DNA from: Gordius albopunctatus
Lineage: Eukaryota
Direction: 5' to 3'
Length of the DNA stretch: 64,000 bases
NCBI GenBank assembly: GCA_964276515.1
Contig: OZ193909.1
Location: 1-64,000 of the forward strand
Shown here: one piece after another, positions 54,604 through 64,000 of the stretch
Numbering within the stretch: the stretch's first letter is position 1
How the letters are laid out: every line of letters starts with the position of its first letter
Position numbers and translations under genes: made by a program
Notes under the pieces: generated by a model
What the model was told of the DNA's origin: nothing
Database searches by the model: none
The model's input: only the letters and a program-made list of their open reading frames with translations

Positions 54604-56149
54604 ACGGTGGGTATTAATTGTTAAAATATTTTGTGATTTTTCAGTAATTTTAATTTGATAATAGGCTTCCTTAAGGTCTAATATGGAAAAATATCTAAAA
54701 CCTGCTAATTTAGAAAACAAGTCTAGGATCCGGGGAAGTGGGTATTTTTCAACAACTAGATTATTATTAAAATTTCGGAAATCACCACAAATTCTTAAGC
54801 CCTCATCTTTTTTAAGAACAGTAACAATAGGTGCTGCATAATCGGCATATTTTACAGATTTCAAAACCCCTTCATTAACTAGTCGGTCTAACTCCTTGTC
54901 CACTTTTTCTTTAATAAAATCAGGGATTGGTCTGGGTCGAAAAAATTTAGGAGAGGATCCGGGTTTAAGTTTAAGTGTTGTATAAAAATCAATAACTCCG
55001 GTGGATTTATTATCAAATAAAGAAGAATAATTTTTAGTAATATCATTCAAATTATTGGAACAATTAATCACTTTAATTGCAAAGGAAGTTGTATCATCCT
55101 TAATCCATTTATTTGCCAGTTGGATTAGGATATGGGGAAAATGGCGCAGCCAATCGCGTCCTAAAATGTTGTGGCCTCCTCCTTCTGATACGATTAGGGG
55201 TAATTGAATTTTTTTGCCATTTTCATATACGGTCAGCTCGGTTTCCCCCCTTGTCGGTATGGTTGTACCATTATAACCCTTTAAAATTGTTTTAAGTGGC
55301 GAGACGTTCCGTACAACAATATTTCCTCCATTCACCATTGTCACCGACGACCCTGTATCGATTTCAAAAATAACATACCGGTCATTTACCTTTAACGTGT
55401 ATGTGGGGAATGACAATTATCCCTCGGAATAATTAACCGGATGAAGCGTACCACTACATTCGCTCTTGCATATGTTACCAATGTGCCCTTTTTTGACATT
55501 TAAAACAAACTGGCGTGCGGAATTTACACGTGGCCCGATTATGGTTCCCCCCGCATGAATAATAATAATTTAAAGTCCTGGGTTTCACCAAATGAATTGT
55601 TTCAGAATGGGTCAATATTTGTGATTGCATTTCTGTCCTTTCCATAGCCCGAGAAGTGTCCAACGCAACTTGCCATGTTAAACTTTCAATGCCTAAAAGG
55701 CGTTCAACAATCTTTGTTTTCTGTAACCCAGCTACAAACCTATCACGGAGACTGCTTTCAAGGTTAGATCCAAAATCGCAATGGATTGCCGCACCCTTTA
55801 ATCTTGCCGAAAATGCATAGATTGTTTCATCTTCCATTTAGGACAGCTTATTGAATTTGTAGCGCGGACGATTGGGTTTAATTTAGGCGAAAAGAATTTT
55901 TTAAGGGCTAAACATAATTCTTCGAAAGGAAGGTTCGCTGGGTCCTGGGGGGCAATAAGATTTGTAAGCAATTCGTAATTTTGGGCTCCTACTTGTTTAC
56001 AAGTACAAAACTCAAATGATGGATGATGTAATCCTAACGTCTAAAAACTAAGAGGAAAAAAGGAACTAATGAGATAATTAATGGTGAGAGTGTGTGAAAT
56101 CAAGGAGATAGCGAGCGTGGGAAAATGCGAACTATAGCAAAAACTTTAT

Positions 56150-57845
56150 TACTAATTATTTTATTTCTAAATTAATTTGCTCGGCGATCAAACCAATATT
56201 GACTCCTACTTTAATTCCGCATCAACTAGGCTTCGGGGTCAAAGGAGGGTGGGAGATAGCTACCCATGCCGCACGCTTAGCCCTGGAACACCTCCCTCTG
56301 GGTGACTCCTTTATAAAACTGGATTTTAAAAATGCTTTCAATAGCATTCGCCGCACTGCCTTCATTAATGGTTTTATCAAACTATTTCCCCAATATACCA
56401 ACTACATCATTTTAAGTTACGGATGTCCTTCGATTTTGAAATTTGGAGAATTCTTCCTTGAATCCGCAGAAGGGATACAACAAAGCGATCCTCTAAGCCC
56501 CCCCCTTTATTCTGCTAGGCTATAAATTACCTAATTAACGAAATTAACAAACATTGTAAACTCACCCTTAATGTCTGGTATCTAGATGACCCCACTCTTG
56601 TTGGCACCCCTGACAACCTAGTCCAAGCACTAGAAGTAATACAAGCTTTCTTCCCCACTTTAAACTTATGTTTAAACGCCTCTAAAAGTGAAATATATTC
56701 TGACTTGGATACCATTCACCCAAAGTTTTTTGACTTTGCCAAAATTAAAAATGACAATATGTATGTTTTAGGCGCACCTATCGGGGGCCCTGAATGCCTC
56801 AAAAGATTTTTAGACAAAAACCTCTCTTTTTTAAAAACCAAATTAGACATTTTTAAATCTATGCCCTCTCATCATTCCTTTTTTATTATAAAATTTTTTT
56901 ACAATATTAGCAAAATTTTATTCTGCTTCCGCTCCACACAAGCTTTTTTATTTAAAGAAGTTTTACACCACTATGAAAAATTTTTTAAATCCACTCTTAA
57001 ATCAATTTTAAATATTTCTTTTAACACCAATACTTGGCTTCAAGCCACACTTCCCACAAAATCCGGTGGTCTAGGTATTCACTCACCATCTGCGATTTCC
57101 CTAGCCGCCTTTATTTCTTCCTCTCTATCTTTTAAACATCATATTAACGACCTTGTCCCATTCCCACTTAATCCCTCTATAGATCAAGCCCTATCCTTAT
57201 GGAAGGATAACGTCAATGTAGGAGCTAATATACCACAATCATACGCTCAAGAAGATTTGGATGCAAGTTTGGTGTCGCGGTCCGTTGCTTACCTTCTCTC
57301 GACATGCGACGCTAAACAGCATTGCAATCTTAGGTCATTGGCTTTCGACCAATCCGGTCATGAATGGCTTGAATCTTACTCTAGTAAGTTTTCGGGTATG
57401 TTTTTGGAGAATCCTACCCTGTCCTACAATATATCCCTCCGCTTGGGCTGTAAATACATGTCCCCATACCCCTGCCGACTTTGTAATTCACTAGTAGACG
57501 AGGAAGCACGTCACCCTGTGCATTGTAAATTTAACAAAAGCCGGTATGGTAGCCACCAAAAAATAAATACACTGCTTCAAGCTGTCCTCAAACGGGCAAA
57601 AGTTCCTTCGATCCTTGAACCTTCAGATCCCTCTCTCGAAGGGCGGATGCGTCCGGACCGTTCGTCACTTATCCCATGGAACAAAAGCCTTTTCCTAAAA
57701 TGGGACTACACCTGTATTGACCTATTTGCCCCCTCTAACGATACTCACGACCCCCTAGGATCGGCAGAGCATCGGAAATCCTTAAAATATTCAACTTTAT
57801 CCCAAACCTCGATTTTTATTCCTATCGTCTCGTCGTGCTCAGGTA
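56150..57845 (+). mobile_element. CRE-like non-LTR retrotransposon, RT C-half plus RLE
   Basis: HQLGFGVKGG, DFKNAFNSI, NVWYLDD (about 56575), LPTKSGGLGI, CRLC...HPVHC, RMRPD and WDYTC. Confidence 0.9.
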
Positions 57846-58654
57846 AAGAACTCAATAAACGCTCGCCTATTGTAAAATATCGAATAGTTTTTTACTACGA
57901 CAATCAATTGCCATCGCGATCGCTAAATCTAATTTTTATTCTTAGATGGATTCAATGCCCATTCTCAAAGATGAAGATACGGATAATGTGTTTTAATCAT
58001 TTTTTTTATAAATGTTTTTGTTCTTGTATCTTTTTAACAATTCCGCTCACTATTTAATACTTTTTATTTAATAAAGCATGTCAATTCTAAAAAAATTAGA
58101 TAACGGTAAAGATTGCTCAACCAACTATGACAGGAATTCCTGACTTTTTACTTAAAGAATTCAATCTACGAATTTACCTCCTTCCGAATCCTACTTCTTA
58201 CATTGCTCCTTTCGAAACCTGCTTTACGCTTGAACATGCAAGAATTTTTAAATCTATCGGTCGAGCATTTAGCGAGTATTTCCAAAGAGTCCTACTCCAC
58301 ACTACTATTTGACGGCTTTTCTTTGACACAAATAAAGGTATAAGCTAATCTTTGCACATTGTGATTCTCCAATTGGTGATTTTCTTGCATCGGAAGTCCA
58401 AGGTGTTTCAGATGGTCATGTAAAATGAATGAGATCATCGAAAATTGCAGATAGAGAATTCTAATTCTCAGGTACCATTTGATGGTTTGTCCTAAATGAC
58501 TTAAAACCGCGATTTTAGTATGACTTCAAAAATTGACGTTAAGGTAACGCAAAATTGTAATGTTTAAATAATATATTTTTAGGGATCAGTTTATTCGTTT
58601 GAAGAAAGTAGTCCATCACTAGATGAAAATAGTGCAATAATCACGGTTTCAAGG

Positions 58655-61600
58655 ATGAAGGGTAAATCAAAATCTAGACGCAAGAAAAGGGGACAAAATA
58701 AGTCTTTGCTAAAATCACGATTAGGAGGTGACTTATATAATTTATATTAATTATTAATTTAGCAATTAATACAACATTTGCGCGTGTAACATTACAAAAA
58801 AATAATCAGGCATTAGCTTCTGCTTTGCAAAATCATAAACATGAATTGAAAATGATGCAAGACACGAACTTATACTTACAAAAGGAAAATCAGGAATTGA
58901 TGTTGAAACATAATGCCATACTTAGAGATCATCAAGCCTATGAAAAAAAATATCAGGTATAAAATAATCTGAATGCATAAATTAATAAAAAGTAGGCACG
59001 CATTCAAAAACTAAGAGAAAATTTAGAAGTCATTAAACAAATGTTGCAGCATGATAGTGTTTCTTTAAATCAACTGACTAGGAATATGACTGAAATAATG
59101 TTCAAAGTTCAAGATGTGGAACACAGTTTAGAGACACATGAGCGTTCACTTGTCCATCATCCTATAGGTTCATATCATTCTTTTATAGAACAAAAACAAA
59201 CATCAGGAAATAGGTAAATTAATTATGTTTTCAAAATCTCTAAAATGTGTTCAAAAGTTTTAGAAATGAATCTAGTGAGGCACCATCAAATATATCAACT
59301 AATGTTATAGTAGATGAAATGCCCTATAAAAAAGGTAATATTAAATTTATGCATTATAGCTTAAAAGTAAATTTTTTTTTGTTTGATATCTAGGAATTCC
59401 TCAGATATCAGATAAACCTTCTATTTATAAACATTCTTCAATTTCTCAAGATGTTTCAAACATAAACAACCTGAATTTACCCCAAGCATTTAAAAATTTT
59501 GGTCAAAATGGCCAAATCTTAGCTAACAATAGCCTACTCCTAATTTGTGATAAGTTAACTAGCTCCAAAGATCACAAATTTAAAGCACATCCTGATCCTA
59601 GTATAATATGTGAAGAGGATACCTTGATGTTTGCAGATGTTTCACAAAACTTTCAGTCTGCACATAGTATAAATATATATCTTATTTAATTAATTAAACA
59701 GCTTGAACTTTTTATGCTAATGAAACTTTTAAATAAATAAGAAAAGTCTTTTTGTTGATTTTTTATTTGTTTGCTTAAGAGGAAAGATTGGTCCCGAAGC
59801 GAGGGAGAAGGTCTGAACTCTTTAGCAAACAAAATTTCAGAGGTAAACACTTACCTATTATACATTCCATCAAAAACAATTCATTTTGACCTAAAATATG
59901 CTGAAATGGATATATTAAAATAATTAGAAAAGTTTGCATTTCCTTTTTTTCCTCTTTCAGAAGCAGATGCCCTCCCTTACTTTGGAAGGATGGGTGAAGA
60001 GATAAGTGAGCCTTCTTTATCCTCAACATACACTTTGTCAACTCCAGGCGAGAACTTTGATGGTGTGGTGAAGACTACTACAACACCCAGGGCCCATGAA
60101 ATCGGGAGCAAAGTTTACTTCTTTTTCTACTTTCTTCATTTAACTGATTTATAAGTTTTTCTAATTTAATCCGCCAACCTTGTTTGTTTATTGAATGTTA
60201 TAATAATTCTTCATAGGTTGTGGCTGAAAATAACAAAACGCCCATGGTGGATCCTTTATTTGTGCATGCTAAATTGAATCGAAAGTTGGTAATATCTCCA
60301 AACAAGGAGGGCCAAATTCTGCACTTTTTACCCGACCAACAAGCAAGTAAAGCATTCATTAATTTCCTCACACTCAAACTTAATTCCAAATCCCCCCAGA
60401 CAAATTATTAAATATTTGGAGTGTCCCTCTTATTTATATAATTAAAGTACAATACATGGGTGGTTTGATCTGAGGCTCCTTCTAAGTTAAGGATTTAGTA
60501 TTTAGCATTTAAGTTAAATTGATCTAACAAACTTATATATATCACTTTATTTACTTTCAAGACACATAAACTTAAATTTATACTTTATTAATTTCATGTG
60601 TTAATTATATGTAGAGAATAATATTGAGAAAAAAAATCATATAGAGATAGACCTCAACCAATAAAGCTTAAAAAGTGAAGTTAGCTAATTTATTATAACC
60701 GCCATTACAAAAATGATTATAAAAGCAAATGGTGAGCTTAATAATGGATTGACAAGAATACATATGCAATTGTTAAGTGGGATTCATAAAGGTTGAAGGC
60801 TGTTGAGAAACTCGTTCAATAAAATTGTTTTTTATGGTTGTTCCAAAGATTTAATATGATTTTTGTGCTCCGAAATATTGCATGTCTAAATTTTAAATTG
60901 GCGACTCTGAAATACAATATTCGGTTAACCCAATGGCCTTTTACACTTGCGGGGAGATGGCAAATATATATGGGGCTGACTCTAACTTTAAATTCGTCGT
61001 TTCTAAATGCTTATTGCTTAACTTTTATTTATGGATCTCTGGTAAGGCTATTCATCGACTTGAGTTTAAAAGTCAGAATTTTTATAATTTTTACATTAAC
61101 AAAAATCCGCAGGTGAAATAACAGATCCATTGCAAAATGTAGCACATAAAAGAGATATTATTAAATCTCCTCCCGTTCCTGCCATTCTAAATCGATTGCT
61201 GCGGGAAAAGGGATCAAATGAATTGAACACCCAAGCCCTACCTCAAGCTATCCCTGCGGCCCCGGGCAAAGAAAATCGCCATTTATCAGATTTACCCCCA
61301 TCTCGGTCACCAACATCCTCCATTCAATTAGGTCATGTAAAATCGCCTAGAGAAATGACCACTTCCAACACGATTAAAAGCCCTAGCTCAAAAAAACTAA
61401 GTAAAAAAGGCAAGGATGTGGGCAAAGAGAGAAAAAAGGTTTTGAAGCAAACTGCCAAGAGTAAAGCCCACTTGACATCTCCTCTATCCCATCCTCGAAA
61501 GGTTTTTCCATCTAAATAATCTATCCGTCTCTCAATAATTTGCCAGTCTATATATTTCAGTTAATTTAGAATTAAAGCTTATTTATTTTAATTCACGAAA

Positions 61601-62485
61601 AATACGAATTTGCGATTTCTTAGACTATTCTGCAAGAACCCATAGTTGGGGGAGATAGCGTAGGAGAAGTGATCAAACCAGTAAAACAACGGGTTCGGAA
61701 AGCGAAAGAAAAGGTAAAATAAATATAATCCACAATTTTTAAACGGGTACAAGTTTCATCTGTCATATTTAAAGACTTGAGAATCTATAATTCATATGCG
61801 TTAAATATGACGTGATTCGCAACTAACGACAATATCTTCGTAGAAACTTAAGTCCAATCTTAAGCGGCGTCTTGGATATTAGCAATTTAATTACTCTTAA
61901 ACAAACACCTTCGATACATTAATATTATTAACGCCTAGGTGAAAAATTTGTTCACGGAAAATTCTGCACTTGACGGCCGAGATGAAAGGGGAATATATAA
62001 CGATCCCCATGATCCTTCTTTTACCCTTGAAGAAGTTAAAAAGAATAAGAAAGGGTCCACCGCGACAGCCGCGATTAAAATGGTTAAAACTGCAAAAAGT
62101 GAGACAAAGGTTGCGAGAAATGGGAAAAGTAAGGGAGTTAAAAAAGCTAATGCTAACTCGATCCCGCTGCTGGCAACAGAGCCCATCAAATTATTTTTTC
62201 CACGAGGAGAGTTTAATGATGAGGATGCTTTCAGGATTGTAACACCGGTCGGGACCACCACTCCAACAACTCCTTCTATCGCCTTCACATCGTTTGGCAA
62301 AGAGACCAATCACCTCGTTAAACGCCGGGCCGCTTCCCGGGTTAGTTCCTACGCCGAACCTAGCATCATTAAGTAAGCCTTTTCCCATCCTTAAACCTTC
62401 ACCTCACTCTTTTATTTGTGTGCATGGCAGAAAAATTCGGCAAGGAGATCCTGGAACTTGTGATATTTACCGGAACGTGGAATGA
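58655..62485 (+). CDS. SGO: Shugoshin family protein, about 700 aa
   Basis: 12 phase-consistent GT-AG exons starting at 58655, 58763, 58996, 59264, 59394, 59779, 59961, 60218, 61113, 61624, 61939 and 62431. N-terminal coiled coil LQKNNQALASALQNHKHELKMMQDTNLYLQKEN and C-terminal SGO motif KRRAASRVSSYAEPSIIKKIRQGDP, the latter split by the last intron. Confidence 0.9.
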
Positions 62486-63523
62486 AGATTGGGGCCATTA
62501 ATTCCTAATTTTATCTCATAGATACATATTGGTTTAACAGGCTGCTGCCTAGAAAATGTGTCATGCATTTTAGTATTTATTTATATATAATAAAGTCCAT
62601 CCTACTTCTGTGTAAAATGATTTGTCACTAGGCTTATCAAAATTGGGCCTCATTTTTATAGAATGGCTGCCTGCTGTTACTTCATTAATCTCTCATATAT
62701 ATGTAGCTAGACAAATGTATAAAAATAGTCACACTATACCCACAAATGATAACCTACTTTTTGATCCCTTTCATATTTGTACAAGCATCATGGAGCGCAT
62801 TTGACGATCGTAGTCTGGCTCCATTATTTGTATCATATGCTATAATAACACTCTTTTCCTAAAAAATCAACCCAAAAAGGCTCAACATGTTTTAGAGAGT
62901 TTATTATGGTTAAGACGAATATGTATTTCTATACGTCCCTTTTTAAGCATGTTTTTGGAAATACAAATCGATTAAATTCAAAAATAGAGCACCTATGTTG
63001 TAAAATCAACTGAGAATTCAAACTTAAACAAAAAGCCTTTGCTCTATCTTAATAGTTTTTAATATTTACATTAAGAATTCGTCAAGTACAAAATCATGGG
63101 GAATGGCTTTTGGGGAAAAAATTTACTGGACATTAAATTAAGATGCACTCGTCGCCGGGATGGCAAAGAGTATTTTTGTAAACCTTGCTAATTTAACCTA
63201 AAATAGTTATAATTTTTAATAACTTTAATGTGACTTGTTTGCTTTATTTTTCCACCATCTTTTTTAAGTTGTTAAGAAATTAAATGAGTTACAATTATGC
63301 GCATTGTTAGAAAATGGCATGAGCCTTTGTTTTAAGTCTAGACGGCACACATGTGTAGTGTATTGCGAACAATGAAATGGCTTTGGCTATATAAATAATC
63401 CAATCCTTTCCATAATGGAGTAGAGCAAAGATTTAATTGAACGCGATAAAAATGTAATAAAATAATTTACTACCAGAGAGTAAAATGGTTTCTTCCATGG
63501 TATTAGATTAGAGTAGCAGTTTA

Positions 63524-63678
63524 CAGGGGCGTAGTCAGCATTAAAATTAGAGGGGGGCAATAATGATTTAGGGAGGGGCAAAATGATCGTTTCTTAAAAA
63601 TTTAGCCATAATTTTAATACATTTTGACAAATTTTTGAGTTTAGAGGGGGCAGCTGCCCCCCCCCCCCAACGCCCATA
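63524..63678. mobile_element. Small hAT-type MITE
   Basis: Imperfect TIRs CAGGGGCGT / ACGCCCATA with an 8-bp TSD GCAGTTTA. Confidence 0.8.
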
Positions 63679-64000
63679 GCAGTTTAAATCGTTGTGATTT
63701 TATTTTTTTATAATATAATCTGAAAATTAAAAATTTTTGATCTTGAGACAAACCAGTTAAACTAATTTATTCGAAATATAATTTAATTTTGAAGAAATGG
63801 AAATTAGGACATAACGTACAATGAAGATTTAAGCGATGAAAAAAAATCTAGTCATTATGGCCCAAAATTGTTTATAAGCGAATTTTTATTTTTTCAAGGA
63901 AAATTTTTTTGATAAAATTTTGGGCTTGCCCGAATCTTACCAGCGTGCCCTTCCGGGCCCGCTCGAAAATTAAAATTTAAGGCAGTTGCCCGGGCCGGGC

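Larger units (their letters stand above)
50046..56139 (-). mobile_element. Gypsy (Mag-like) LTR retrotransposon, decayed, carrying hAT insertions
   Basis: 146-bp LTRs at 55994-56139 and 50046-50191, PPT AGGGGAAAGAAA. Gag 55475-55837, protease/RT 54601-55416 (DTGSS, LRICGDFR), RNase H 52608-53189 (TDAS, ERNYSQIEKEALA), integrase about 51500-52400. Confidence 0.93.

Overview
Chromosome end of an AT-rich invertebrate-type animal genome. A near-perfect (CCCTAA)n/(TTAGGG)n telomere of about 4.1 kb is joined abruptly, with no subtelomeric satellite, to the middle of the reverse transcriptase of a CRE-like retrotransposon that has a twin-priming-type inversion. Three host genes were reconstructed by hand across small introns: (1) an NR2E3/PNR/fax-1-type nuclear receptor (10654-11782, +) that appears to lack a ligand-binding domain and ends in an eh1-like FSIENIL motif; (2) DNA topoisomerase I (13081-17259, -, 18 coding exons); (3) shugoshin (58655-62485, +, 12 coding exons). 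The rest is nested transposon sequence: three CRE-like copies, several RTE-type LINEs, three Gypsy-type LTR elements, a TRIM, a solo LTR, a Helitron remnant and hAT-derived MITEs. The best leads are the LBD-less eh1 receptor, the de novo-looking telomere junction, an RT-less gag-protease LTR element with open ORFs, and covarying RNA structures at LINE termini. All calls come from reading the sequence; no searches were run.
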